Position numbers and translations under genes: made by a program
Assembly: GCA_003222895.1 (NCBI GenBank)
Contig: QHXI01000052.1
Span: 118,109 to 182,108 of the forward strand
DNA from: Acidobacteriota bacterium
GTDB taxonomy: Bacteria > Acidobacteriota > Blastocatellia > Pyrinomonadales > Pyrinomonadaceae
Length of the DNA: 64,000 nt
Direction of reading: 5' to 3'
Notes under the pieces: model-generated
The model's database searches: none
Told to the model about the DNA's origin: nothing
Seen by the model: the letters and a program-made list of their open reading frames with translations, nothing else
Part shown: in pieces, positions 36,998-46,546 of the stretch
Position numbering within the stretch: position 1 is the first letter of the stretch
Layout of the letters: the number at the start of each line of letters is the position of its first letter

Positions 36998-37270
36998 CTA
37001 GGAAAAATCTTCCTCAGCACTAGCAGCGTTCAGATCGGTTTCAGCTTCAAAAGGTTTCACAGTTGGCCGGCCTTGATTATCGCGCATCAGAACTTCAATC
37101 CGGCGTTCGGCTTGATTCAGACGCTCCTGGCATTCGCGCGAAAGCTTCACACCCTGCTCAAACAACTCGAGACTTTTTTCGAGAGGCAGCTCGCCCTGCT
37201 CGAGTTCGCGTACGATGCGCTCAAGCTCTTCCAATGACGACTCAAAAGTTTTTGGTTTGGGGGTGCTCAT
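36998..37270 (-). CDS. xseB: Exodeoxyribonuclease VII small subunit
   Basis: [43 protein letters not shown] is the XseB signature. Confidence 0.85.
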   Translation of the reverse strand: MSTPKPKTFESSLEELERIVRELEQGELPLEKSLELFEQGVKLSRECQERLNQAERRIEVLMRDNQGRPTVKPFEAETDLNAASAEEDFS

Positions 37271-37282
37271 TTATTAGCAACG

Positions 37283-37984
37283 CTACCACTTCAATCCTTC
37301 GATTTGCTTGCGAATAGAATCCTGAACCTGCGAGCCATTCGACGGCATGCTCCGAACGACCGCGTCTGCAACCATCTTTGCCAGCTTCTCGTCCTGCACG
37401 GCAGTGATGCGCCAGCGCTCTGATTCGGCCTGCATTGTAAGCTTAATCTGCTCGTCTTTCACATGCACCGTGACCTGCGCGGTATTGTTTTCCTGTTTGA
37501 TATCGGCGAAATACGGAATGCCGAGCGCGACGACGATGAAGGGCTTTCCCTGCGCGATGCTGCTCAAATCCTGCAACTCTTTTATTAGCTGTTCGTGCAC
37601 GGTGTCTTTTAACTTTGCCGAGAGCGAATCCCTTACAGGATCAACTTGGGACGGCAAGAGCGACGCCGCGGACGAAGAGGCTGGAAGTCTGTGACGGATC
37701 TGCGACACAAAATCGGCAGTGATCTTGTCAGTGTCGAGAATCCCATCAACTGTCGCGCTGTCGTTTCGCTGCGCAGCGTCGGCAAGCAGAGCGATCGAGT
37801 ATGCCGGTCCGCTTCGATAATGCCGCCACCAAAAATACCCACCCGCAGCAACTCCGCCAACCACAACTAGCAAGATTATCGCGACGAACAAGAGCACGCG
37901 ACCGAAGCCGCCACGCGATCGACTTCCACGCGCGGCAGCCGGTTGGTTCTTATCGAGGTTGATGACGATGCGATTGCGTTTCAT
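37283..37984 (-). CDS. Membrane-anchored hypothetical protein (DUF2939-like?)
   Basis: Basic N-terminus and one TM (VLLFVAIILLVVVGGVAAGGYFWW). Start set to ATG 37984, 1 nt after the xseA stop. Confidence 0.5.
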   Translation of the reverse strand: MKRNRIVINLDKNQPAAARGSRSRGGFGRVLLFVAIILLVVVGGVAAGGYFWWRHYRSGPAYSIALLADAAQRNDSATVDGILDTDKITADFVSQIRHRLPASSSAASLLPSQVDPVRDSLSAKLKDTVHEQLIKELQDLSSIAQGKPFIVVALGIPYFADIKQENNTAQVTVHVKDEQIKLTMQAESERWRITAVQDEKLAKMVADAVVRSMPSNGSQVQDSIRKQIEGLKW

Positions 37985-37985
37985 T

Positions 37986-39389
37986 CTATTCAGTTTCAGT
38001 TTGTTCCACGCGACAATCGAGTGTTCCTTTCCAAAGCCGAAGTCGCAGCTCATCGCCAACGCTCATCGTACTGGCTTCACGAATGATTTGTCCTTGAGCA
38101 TCCTGGGCGATTGCATATCCGCGCTCTAAGACTTTCAAGGGAGACATCGCATCCAGCGCCGCCGCGGCCTTCGCAAAATCCTGTTTCGCCGCTTCGACGC
38201 GCGTGGCGATCGCATTGTCGCGTAGACGTTTCAATGAATCGAACCGGGCCCGTCCGGCCGCAACCACGGATCGGAGTTGCACCGGCGAGAGACTGTGAGC
38301 TGCGGCATTCACGCGGCGGTGAATATCCTGCAAGGATGTTTTGATTGCCGACCGAAGACGATAATCAGCGGCGTCAACGCTCGCAACCGCATCGTGCAAT
38401 CGTGCAGCTACTGCATCGAATGCCGTCGATTGGGCAAGCTCATGAACCTGGTTGCGCGCGTCGGCTATGCGGTACTGAATCGATCGCGCGAGCGTTGCCG
38501 ACAACCCCGCCAGTCGCGAACATAATTCGGATTCATGCGTCGCGACAATCTCAGCCGCGGCGGAAGGCGTGGCCGCGCGTAGATCCGCAACGAAATCAGC
38601 AATCGTGAAATCTGTTTCGTGACCAACTGCTGAGATTACCGGAATCGTCGAGCTGCGAATCGCTCGCGCGACTGCTTCTTCGTTGAAGGCCCAGAGATCT
38701 TCGATCGATCCGCCGCCGCGTCCGACAATCATCACATCAACAGTCGCGTCCAAATCTCCATCGCGTAAGGCGCGTTGATGATGATCGTTGAGAAACCGAA
38801 TCGCTCGAACGATTTCATGCGACGCGCTTTCGCCCTGAACCCGAGCCGCCGCCAACAAAATGTGCACCGTGCGCGTGCGCCGTGCGATCACGTTCAGAAT
38901 GTCGCGGATCGCGGCGCCGCTGGCTGAGGTGACGACGCCCACGCGTCGTGGAAAGATCGGGATTGCGCGCTTCAGCTCCGGCGCAAACAATCCTTCCGCT
39001 TGCAGACGTCTTTTGGTTTGTTCGAATGCCAGTTGCAACGCGCCCGCGCCGACCGGCTCGAGCGATTCGACGACGAGCTGATACTCGCCTTTCTGCTCGT
39101 ACACGTTCAGACGCCCGCGCGCGCGAACTTGCATTCCATCTTCCAGACGAAAACGAATTCGCTGATTGTTGCTGCGATAACACGCGGCGCGCAGTTGCGC
39201 GAACTCATCCTTCAGAATGAAGTACCAGTGGCCGGAACCATGCGCGCGATAGTTGGAAATCTCGCCCTCGACCCAAATGGTAAAGAAACGCTTTTCGAGC
39301 TCACCGCGAATTTGTGCCGTCAGTTCAGACACGCTCAGCGGCTGACGTTCAGTTTGATCGAAGAGTGATGCGAGTAATGGTTGGGACAC
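37986..39389 (-). CDS. xseA: Exodeoxyribonuclease VII large subunit
   Basis: N-terminal OB fold (LSVSELTAQIRGELEKRF..VWVEGEISNYR...SGHWYFILKD). Catalytic region VGVVTSASGAAIRDI and GRGGGSIEDLWAFN. Confidence 0.9.
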   Translation of the reverse strand: MSQPLLASLFDQTERQPLSVSELTAQIRGELEKRFFTIWVEGEISNYRAHGSGHWYFILKDEFAQLRAACYRSNNQRIRFRLEDGMQVRARGRLNVYEQKGEYQLVVESLEPVGAGALQLAFEQTKRRLQAEGLFAPELKRAIPIFPRRVGVVTSASGAAIRDILNVIARRTRTVHILLAAARVQGESASHEIVRAIRFLNDHHQRALRDGDLDATVDVMIVGRGGGSIEDLWAFNEEAVARAIRSSTIPVISAVGHETDFTIADFVADLRAATPSAAAEIVATHESELCSRLAGLSATLARSIQYRIADARNQVHELAQSTAFDAVAARLHDAVASVDAADYRLRSAIKTSLQDIHRRVNAAAHSLSPVQLRSVVAAGRARFDSLKRLRDNAIATRVEAAKQDFAKAAAALDAMSPLKVLERGYAIAQDAQGQIIREASTMSVGDELRLRLWKGTLDCRVEQTETE

Positions 39390-39421
39390 TTGATTCGTCG
39401 TTCAATGCGATGCTAACACGA

Positions 39422-42400
39422 TCACTGAAATCCCGGCGCCAGCAGATTCGTCATCTTCGCGGGATTCTTGATCATTTGTTTTGTCATCCACATGTCGGTC
39501 TTAGCCAGCAATTCACGTCCGCGATCGCCGCCAACCAACTCGCCCAAACGCCGGCGCGCAACGGTCGCGTACAGCTGCATGTGGGAGGTTTCAAAATCCT
39601 TCACGGCCTTTTCCAAAAGGTTTATTGCGCTCGCCTCGTCACCGCGTCTATGAGCGACTGCAGCGCGAACAAGCGTGGCCATTGGATTCGCATAGGCCGT
39701 GTTCTCACGCTCGATCTTACCAGCTAGTTTTTCCGCGAGTCGCAGCCGCGGTTGAGTTATTTTTCCGGTCGCCGTAGCGAGAGCTAACCGCGCGCGCAGT
39801 TGCGTCGCGTCGATGCGCAGTCCCTGAATGCGGCGCAAGAGAGACTTCTCGAGCGGCCTGAGTTGAGTTTCGACGTGTCGCCAGGCGACTTCGTAATCAC
39901 CCGTATAAAGCTCGATCTGGGCCAACGCCACCAGCGACGTGTAGTGCTGCAAATGAAATCCGCGCCGCGGCCAGGTGGTCATCGCGGCAATCACTTCATC
40001 GCGCGCGCGATTTGGATCATCCGCGGCGAGCCAAATCGTATTCAAGCGCGTGCGCAAATCCGTTGCGGCAAACAGATTTCCCTGGTCCAGCGCGGCAGAA
40101 AGAAGTTGCGGTACGCGTCGCGATACTTCAACCATGTCGCCGAGGTAAAGCAGCGATGTCAGCATAAAACGATTTGCGATCGTCAACTCCCAGGTGACGC
40201 CCGTACATTCATCGCGCAGAATTTCCGCGGCCCGTTCACAGAGCTCGGCGGCCTGCTTCCAATTTCCAAGCAGATACGCACTCAGTCCGCGCGCCCAAAT
40301 CGCTAGACCAAGTGCGTGCGGATTGCCCGCCCGGCGGGCCAGCGCATCGGTCTTCTCCATGAGCCGGGCAACGTGTTCTTGTTCGGCGCCGCCCCGCGCG
40401 GCGGCCTGACTTGCTTCGAACGCCATCGCGCGCGCGACGCGCGAAATTTCTCCGGCGCGCAACGCCAACAGTAAATGCAAACTCTGAAAGTCAGCGCCGC
40501 GAATAAGATCGACAACGCCCAAACCTGCGGCGACGGCCCAGCACGTATCGATACGCAGCAGCTCGGCTTCAGGAATTGATGCCGCGTCACGTTCGGTAAA
40601 ACTCAGGCCGCGCACGCGAATCCAAAGTCGCCGCAGAATCAACGATAAAAGCGCCCGCTTCGGACCTCGAGCCAACTTCAATCCCACGCTTTCCAAAACG
40701 ACGCGAAAGACTTCTAGTCCTTCATCGATGTGGCCGCCCATCAGCAATTGGGCGCCGGCGCGCTGTCGCAATTCCAAGGCCCGACGCGAGGAAGTCGTTT
40801 TCGCGGCGTCGAGAAATTCGTGCGCAGCTTGAGCGGGGCGGCCCGCGTTCGCCAACGCATCGCCCAATCCAATCTTCAACTCAACCAGGTTGGGCGCATC
40901 GGGTTTCAATTCGATGGCGCGACGAAAGTAAAGCGCGGCCCGATCGAATGCCAGCGCGGTCGCAGCTTTCTTCGCTGCTGCTTCGGCATGCAAAACCGCG
41001 CGCTCATTCTCGCCCGCGCCGAGATAGTCCTGATACAAGCTTTCCGGATCGTCGAGGCCGCGGGCTTCAATCGCTTGCGCCAACCGCCGATGAATCTGTT
41101 TTCGTTCGCTTTCGTCCAGCAGCGCCGCCAAAGTTTCGCCGATGCGATCGTGGTACATCTCAACGCCATATTCGGCGCCGCTGCTACGCACAAACTGCGC
41201 CACGCGCAGGGTTGTCAACAATGAAAGCGAATCGCCGGAAACGCCGGCTGCCCCAAACGCAACCGCTTCGTTAACCGGACGTCGCGCGACTGCGAGTACG
41301 TTCAGGAATTGTCGGGCGCCGGCCGATAACTGTGTGATTCGTTCCTCGAGCATGGTTGCCAACGAGATCCCCGCCGTCGCAGCGCCCTCGTTCATCATTC
41401 CATAGTGCGTCAGCTGCTCGATCAGGAAAGGACTGCCACCGGCTTCGTTGACGATCGATTCGATGAATAGTTCGCCGGATAATTTCGCCGCCGCGAACAG
41501 CGATCGCGTCAGCTCGCGCGCTTCACCGCCCGGCAATGGACCAATGAAGATCTCACGACACGTATCAGTTCCGGCCTGCACCAGCAGTTGTTTCAGGAAG
41601 GGCTTTTCTTCGATATCTTCGCTGCGAAAACTGGCAATCAGTAAAAGCGGCGGCGCGTCAGGCGGCCGCAGCAAATCTTCGAGCAGAAAGATGCTGTCCG
41701 CATCGGCCCATTGCAGATCGTCGATATAGATTACCAGCGGCTGTCGCTTCGCAATGCGCGTCAACAATTCACGCAACGCGCCGAATGCTTTGCGTCGCAG
41801 CGTAAATAAATCGATCGACTCCGGATGACGAGCGCGCGCTTCAAAGATCGCGTCGACCTGGAGCATCACCGGAAACACCCGCGATAGAGCAGCTCGATTG
41901 CGCGGCATGAAAGCTTCAGCCTTCGCGCGACGCAAAGTTGCGAGATGCTTGCTCAGGCTATCGACGACTCCATCCAGAGCCTTGTACAGAACCGATTCGC
42001 GTTCGTAGCAACGGCCTTGTAACACCACCGCGTTGCGCGTCTTCTCTTTCAGTCCATCCAGAAACGTTCGCGCCAAAGTCGTCTTGCCCATACCCGAAAC
42101 GCCATGCAGCAAAACGGTCACGCACTGGCCTTCGCGCGTCGCGCGAAACGCGTCGTGTAATTCAGCCAGTTGCCGCTCACGCCCAATGAACGAAACTTCC
42201 GACGCGAATTGCAGTGCCGATGCAGCTGATCGATGGGCACCAAGTGCGCGCAGCACTTCGCGTCCGGTGGGTCGAACTTCCGGATCGCGACGCAGTAGCC
42301 GGATGCAAAGATCATTCAGATCGCGTGGCACTTGCGGATTGATTTCCCGCGGCTGGATCGGATCGCGCGTTTGTTTGCGCAACATCACTTCGAAGAATCT

Positions 42401-43195
42401 GCCCCGAAACGGCAGGCGTCCAGTCAATGCCTGATAAAGAATCACGCCTACGCTGTACCAATCACTCGCTTTCGAAATCGGAGATTGCGCGCCTTGCTCG
42501 GGCGACATGTAATCGGGAGTTCCCGCCAGCAGCGTCTCGGGCGAATCGGGATTGATGTCTTCAACCAAACCAAAGTCGAGCAGCACCACGCGGCCTTCAT
42601 CGGTCACGAGCACGTTCGAAGGTTTGATGTCGCGATGAAGCTTACCCAACTCGTGCAGGCGATGAACGCCTTCGGCAAGCTGACGCAGAGCCGCTCGCAG
42701 GCGCGGCTCGTCCAATTGATAACTTGCAGCCTGTGCGGCTTCGTCATCATTGATCGTCGCGTCTGTTGAATCGAACGAAAAACTCAAACTGTCGAAGATT
42801 TCGGTTTCAGCTTCTGAGTCGGTAGCCCTATCCGACCGCGCGCGCTGCAACGTATCGTCGAGATCAATTGACGGCACATCGATTGTGTCGGGCCGAACGT
42901 ACTGAATGAAAGTTACGCCCTTCACCAGTTCCATCGTGAAGAACCAGCTTTGCCCTTCGGACATCAATTCATAGAGCGTGACGAGATTTGGATGCGACAC
43001 ATCGACCAGCGTGCGAAACTCTCTCTTGAACCGATAGATGTGCGCGGCTTCTGAAAGTGTCAGAGTCTTCAGCGCCACGACTTTGTCCATCTTGCGATCG
43101 TGCGCTTCATACACGACACCCGTGCCGCCTGTGCCCAGGCGACGCAGCAAGGTGAAGCGTTCAGTGCCGGCAAATTCTCTGGCGGGCTTTACCAC
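39422..43195 (-). CDS. Ser/Thr protein kinase fused to an AAA (STAND-like) ATPase and a long TPR-like helical region (1257 aa)
   Basis: Kinase motifs GTGGTGVVYEA, VALK, HRDIKPSNVL, DFG, GTPDYMSPE. Walker A LLHGVSGMGKTTL and Walker B LVIYIDDLQWAD. About 650 aa of helical repeats follow. Confidence 0.85.
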   Translation of the reverse strand: MVKPAREFAGTERFTLLRRLGTGGTGVVYEAHDRKMDKVVALKTLTLSEAAHIYRFKREFRTLVDVSHPNLVTLYELMSEGQSWFFTMELVKGVTFIQYVRPDTIDVPSIDLDDTLQRARSDRATDSEAETEIFDSLSFSFDSTDATINDDEAAQAASYQLDEPRLRAALRQLAEGVHRLHELGKLHRDIKPSNVLVTDEGRVVLLDFGLVEDINPDSPETLLAGTPDYMSPEQGAQSPISKASDWYSVGVILYQALTGRLPFRGRFFEVMLRKQTRDPIQPREINPQVPRDLNDLCIRLLRRDPEVRPTGREVLRALGAHRSAASALQFASEVSFIGRERQLAELHDAFRATREGQCVTVLLHGVSGMGKTTLARTFLDGLKEKTRNAVVLQGRCYERESVLYKALDGVVDSLSKHLATLRRAKAEAFMPRNRAALSRVFPVMLQVDAIFEARARHPESIDLFTLRRKAFGALRELLTRIAKRQPLVIYIDDLQWADADSIFLLEDLLRPPDAPPLLLIASFRSEDIEEKPFLKQLLVQAGTDTCREIFIGPLPGGEARELTRSLFAAAKLSGELFIESIVNEAGGSPFLIEQLTHYGMMNEGAATAGISLATMLEERITQLSAGARQFLNVLAVARRPVNEAVAFGAAGVSGDSLSLLTTLRVAQFVRSSGAEYGVEMYHDRIGETLAALLDESERKQIHRRLAQAIEARGLDDPESLYQDYLGAGENERAVLHAEAAAKKAATALAFDRAALYFRRAIELKPDAPNLVELKIGLGDALANAGRPAQAAHEFLDAAKTTSSRRALELRQRAGAQLLMGGHIDEGLEVFRVVLESVGLKLARGPKRALLSLILRRLWIRVRGLSFTERDAASIPEAELLRIDTCWAVAAGLGVVDLIRGADFQSLHLLLALRAGEISRVARAMAFEASQAAARGGAEQEHVARLMEKTDALARRAGNPHALGLAIWARGLSAYLLGNWKQAAELCERAAEILRDECTGVTWELTIANRFMLTSLLYLGDMVEVSRRVPQLLSAALDQGNLFAATDLRTRLNTIWLAADDPNRARDEVIAAMTTWPRRGFHLQHYTSLVALAQIELYTGDYEVAWRHVETQLRPLEKSLLRRIQGLRIDATQLRARLALATATGKITQPRLRLAEKLAGKIERENTAYANPMATLVRAAVAHRRGDEASAINLLEKAVKDFETSHMQLYATVARRRLGELVGGDRGRELLAKTDMWMTKQMIKNPAKMTNLLAPGFQ

Positions 43196-43313
43196 GGGGA
43201 AACCTCTTGGTGTAACGCAACTCGCTAACTTGAGCTGAGCTTACGCGAATCTGTTGACAGATGAGCAATTGTGCCTTACATGATTTGCGCGATCAAATAT
43301 TGACCAATGAGGA

Positions 43314-43505
43314 ATGATTATGGATTGGCGGGTGCTGCTGACAACTTTCGGAGTAATTTTTTTGGCTGAGATGGGCGATAAGACCCAAATCGCCGCAATG
43401 ACGATGGCCGCTGAAAAAAAGCGGCCCTGGGAAGTGTTCATTGCAGCCTCCCTGGCGCTGACTGCGGTTTCCGCGATTGGCGTTATTGTCGGCATTGATC
43501 GGTAA
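43314..43505 (+). CDS. UPF0016 (GDT1/TMEM165) family cation transporter half-domain, possibly 3'-truncated (63 aa)
   Basis: Signature FLAEMGDKTQIAAM (E-x-G-D-K-T) in the first TM. Only two TM helices precede the stop, which abuts REP-like hairpins. Confidence 0.55.
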   Translation: MIMDWRVLLTTFGVIFLAEMGDKTQIAAMTMAAEKKRPWEVFIAASLALTAVSAIGVIVGIDR

Positions 43506-43530
43506 GTTCTGAAAACTTTACGTTTTGATC

Positions 43531-43622
43531 TCCCCTCTCCCATTGGGAGAGGGGACGGGGGAGAGGGCGCGAAGCGTTGCCCGCGTAAGCCCTCACCCTA
43601 ACCCTCTCCCAACGGGAGAGGG
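43531..43622. repeat. Pair of CCCTCTCCC-loop-GGGAGAGGG REP-like hairpins
   Basis: tcccctctcccattgggagagggga (43531-43555) and ccctctcccaacgggagaggg (43602-43622). The ORF-track N-terminus of the next gene (PLPLGEGTGERA...PLPTGEG) is just their translation. Confidence 0.7.
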
Positions 43623-43641
43623 AAGTTATGAAGAACAACCC

Positions 43642-44352
43642 ATGCCACAAACTCGACACACTGAAAAACATTTCACCGCCGGCGAAACCGTTCGCGACAT
43701 CGTCATCGGAATGTCTGACGGATTGACGGTGCCTTTTGCTTTGGCCGCCGGGTTGACGGGTGCAATCAACAGCGCCGGGATCATCGTCACCGCTGGCCTC
43801 GCCGAAATTGCCGCGGGTTCGATCGCGATGGGCCTTGGCGGTTATCTCGCTGCAAAGAGCGACGCCGAACACTACGCTAAAGAACGCGAGCGAGAACACC
43901 GCGAGGTGAAAGAGATACCCGAAGAAGAGATGAAAGAAGTCGAGCAGGTCTTTCGCTCTTACGGACTAAGCCGCGAAGAAAGCGCTCCGATCGTCGAAGC
44001 TTTGACACAGCATCCGAAGAAATGGGTCGACTTTATGATGCGTTTTGAGTTGGGTTTGGAAAAGCCGGATCCGAAACGAGCCTTCATCAGCGCTTTCACG
44101 ATTGCAGCTTCTTACATCGCCGGTGGATTGATTCCGCTTGCGCCTTACATCGTTTCGGTTTACGCAAAAAATGTAGACATCACCACGGCCTTGTTTTTTT
44201 CCGTGGGATTGACTCTGCTGGCGTTGTTCGTGTTCGGCTTCATCAAAGGACGCTTCACGGGCACGCGTCCGTTGCGCAGCGCTTTGCAGACGGCACTGAT
44301 CGGAAGCGTGGCGGCAGGCGCCGCATTTTTGATTGCGCGGGCGATATCGTGA
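43642..44352 (+). CDS. VIT1/CCC1 family iron/manganese transporter
   Basis: RDIVIGMSDGLTVPFALAAGLTGA, GSIAMGLGGYLAAKSD, a central acidic helix, and three C-terminal TMs. Start set at ATG 43642, downstream of the repeats. Confidence 0.75.
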   Translation: MPQTRHTEKHFTAGETVRDIVIGMSDGLTVPFALAAGLTGAINSAGIIVTAGLAEIAAGSIAMGLGGYLAAKSDAEHYAKEREREHREVKEIPEEEMKEVEQVFRSYGLSREESAPIVEALTQHPKKWVDFMMRFELGLEKPDPKRAFISAFTIAASYIAGGLIPLAPYIVSVYAKNVDITTALFFSVGLTLLALFVFGFIKGRFTGTRPLRSALQTALIGSVAAGAAFLIARAIS

Positions 44353-44401
44353 GGGTTGAGTTTCGCGGCTTGCTCCTTCACAATGCTCTTATGAGGTGCT
44401 G

Positions 44402-44635
44402 ATGAGTCAAACAATTGAAGCGGTTATCGATCAGGATGGAAAGGTGCAGCTTTTGGAATCCGTCCAGCTAACGGAAGCTAGACGTGCGCTTGTTACGATT
44501 CTTGATGACCCGCCAACCGATGAATCCAACTTGGAATTGGGATATCTCCAAATGGCTCAAGACGAGGAACGAGAGTCTGAAGCGCTCGAATGGGCGGAAG
44601 CCGCTCTTGGAGACGTAGCTGATGAACCGAGGTGA
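44402..44635 (+). CDS. Putative antitoxin of the MazEF-type pair
   Basis: Small acidic ORF overlapping the mazF start by 14 nt. No confident family assignment. Confidence 0.5.
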   Translation: MSQTIEAVIDQDGKVQLLESVQLTEARRALVTILDDPPTDESNLELGYLQMAQDEERESEALEWAEAALGDVADEPR

Positions 44636-44942
44636 GGTTTGGTGGATTCGCTTCGATCCTTCCGTTGGCGGCGAAATTAAGAAGACAAGACCAGCCGTAA
44701 TCCTGAGTAATGACCGTTCTAACAGATACCTAAACCGCGTCCAAGTAGTCCCGCTAACAAGTAAAGTTGATCGATTATATCCCAGCGAAGTCTTTGTGAC
44801 GGTTGAAGGGAAGAAAGCAAAGGCTCTGGCCGATCAGTTGACTACAGTAAGCAAACTGCGCCTCACGAACCAAATCGGTAAATTGTCGGAATCAGATCTT
44901 CGAGCGGTCGAATCCATCGTAAAGAGACAACTCGATCTATGA
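44622..44942 (+). CDS. mazF: Type II toxin, PemK/MazF family endoribonuclease
   Basis: [29 protein letters not shown]...VQVVPLTSK...[14 protein letters not shown] is the MazF/PemK signature. Confidence 0.85.
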   Translation: MNRGEVWWIRFDPSVGGEIKKTRPAVILSNDRSNRYLNRVQVVPLTSKVDRLYPSEVFVTVEGKKAKALADQLTTVSKLRLTNQIGKLSESDLRAVESIVKRQLDL

Positions 44943-44951
44943 TGCGCTGAA

Positions 44952-45656
44952 ATGAATCTTCACGTCGGCACCAGTGGCTACAGCTACAAAGAGTGGAAGG
45001 GCACCTTCTATCCGGAAGATTTGCCGGCGAAGGAGATGCTCTCGTATTACTCGCGTCGCTTGCCCGCGGTCGAAATCAATAACACCTTCTATCGCCTGCC
45101 GCAGCCAAACATGATCGAGAATTGGAAGCAACAGGTTCCCGAGAACTTTCGCTTTTCCATCAAAGCAACTCAACGCATCACGCATATCAAGCGGCTGCAG
45201 AACTGCTCAGAGGAAACCAGGTACCTGCTCGATACTGCATCGTTGTTGGGCGATCGGCTGGGCGTAGTTTTGTTTCAGCTTCCGCCGAATTCGAAAAAGG
45301 ATGCCGAGCGGCTGCGCGATTTTCTCAGCTTGCTGCCGGACGATAAGCGCGCGGCGTTCGAGTTTCGTCACGAGAGTTGGTGCGACGATGAAGTGCTCGA
45401 GTTGTTGCGGACGAAGAATTGTGCGTGGGTTGTATCAGACATGGACGAGAAGCCGTTGACAGAAATAATCAGGACGGCCAATTGGGGTTACCTGCGCCTG
45501 CGGAAGACCAATTACGAATCGAACGATCTGGTTGAATGGATGGGGCGCGTGCAGAAGCAAAAATGGGAAGACGCCTTCATCTTCTTCAAACATGAAGACG
45601 AAGGCGTCGGTCCCAAACTGGCCCAGAAGTTTTTGGAACTAGCGAAGGAAAGATAG
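44952..45656 (+). CDS. DUF72 (UPF0759) family protein
   Basis: GTSGYSYKEWKGTFYPEDL, NTFYRLP, FRFSIKA, FEFRHESW are typical DUF72 motifs. Confidence 0.8.
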   Translation: MNLHVGTSGYSYKEWKGTFYPEDLPAKEMLSYYSRRLPAVEINNTFYRLPQPNMIENWKQQVPENFRFSIKATQRITHIKRLQNCSEETRYLLDTASLLGDRLGVVLFQLPPNSKKDAERLRDFLSLLPDDKRAAFEFRHESWCDDEVLELLRTKNCAWVVSDMDEKPLTEIIRTANWGYLRLRKTNYESNDLVEWMGRVQKQKWEDAFIFFKHEDEGVGPKLAQKFLELAKER

Positions 45657-45735
45657 CCAGAAAAAGGCACAGAATGCACAAAAGGAACCTCAAGTCCTCT
45701 CAACCATTTTGTGCTTTTTGTGCCTTCTTGTGGCC
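45657..45735. repeat. Palindromic GGCACA(A/G)AA-type element in a convergent gene gap
   Basis: Left arm ccagaaaaaggcacagaatgcacaaaagg. Right arm ccattttgtgctttttgtgccttcttgtggcc is its approximate reverse complement. Confidence 0.65.
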
Positions 45736-45741
45736 TGATTC

Positions 45742-46365
45742 TTACTTAATCTTCACGCCCGCGCCGATGCGGATGTTGTCCTGGCGCCCGCTATTAAACC
45801 AAGTCGGCATATAGTCGACCTGGATTACGCGCACGTCGAGATGCTCGCCCGCATGCACGTCGAGACCGCCGCCGAGGGCCATCGCAAATGCCGTATCAGC
45901 CTTCTTCCGCGGCGATAGCGTGTCGTCGAAATTCGCGCGCAGATGCGTCACGCCGGCCATGCCGTGCACGAACGGCGTTATGCCTGACAGTCGCCAGTTG
46001 TATCGCGGGCCGATCATCAAGTCGTATCGCTGTACACGCGCATCAAACTGTCGGCCGGTTTTCGTGTCGACGAATCCGTTGTTGTTGAACGTACCGGTGA
46101 AGCTGGTCACGATGCCGACGTGGCGCGTGATGTTCTGATTGAACTCAGCATTGAATCCGTTGAAGTTCTGTTTCTCGCTGCCGAATAGAACCGTCGCGCC
46201 GTTGAAGGTCGCGCGGCCGTTCTTGTCGAACGTGGCGGCATTGTTGTCGGCACGCTCGTAGGCATAACCAACGTAGAATTCATAATGTGAGTAGTCGTTG
46301 TTCTGGGCGAATGCCGCCGGGGCGCAAATCAATGCCACCAGAAGCAAGAGAAAAAATCGCGTCAT
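45742..46365 (-). CDS. Outer-membrane beta-barrel protein (OmpA-like barrel / porin family)
   Basis: Signal peptide MTRFFLLLLVALICAPAAFAQ. Alternating beta-strand pattern, ending GAGVKIK. Confidence 0.65.
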   Translation of the reverse strand: MTRFFLLLLVALICAPAAFAQNNDYSHYEFYVGYAYERADNNAATFDKNGRATFNGATVLFGSEKQNFNGFNAEFNQNITRHVGIVTSFTGTFNNNGFVDTKTGRQFDARVQRYDLMIGPRYNWRLSGITPFVHGMAGVTHLRANFDDTLSPRKKADTAFAMALGGGLDVHAGEHLDVRVIQVDYMPTWFNSGRQDNIRIGAGVKIK

Positions 46366-46546
46366 CGAGGAAAGGCCTCCTTGTCAGTCACTGTTCGAAG
46401 AAATACGGTTTACGGCTACATTAATACTACCAATAACGAAAAATTCCCAGATTTCTTTAGCGATTGCTTGTTTGTTAACCTATGGCGGAAAAGGCGTCGA
46501 TGCGCTATCGCGCAGAGGCTCGTCATTTCGTCCAGAAATTGGTGAT

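Noticed and set aside
43196-43313. Possible yybP-ykoY (Mn2+) riboswitch upstream of the UPF0016 gene
   Set aside because: The context is right and there is a TTGACA...GAGCAA string. However, the conserved 5' GGGGAGUAG block and the 3' AGCAAGACC block of the riboswitch are absent.
43525-43641. N-terminal extension of the VIT1 ORF (MISPLPLGEGTGERA...PNPLPTGEG)
   Set aside because: It is the translation of two REP hairpins. The conserved VIT1 sequence starts after ATG 43642.
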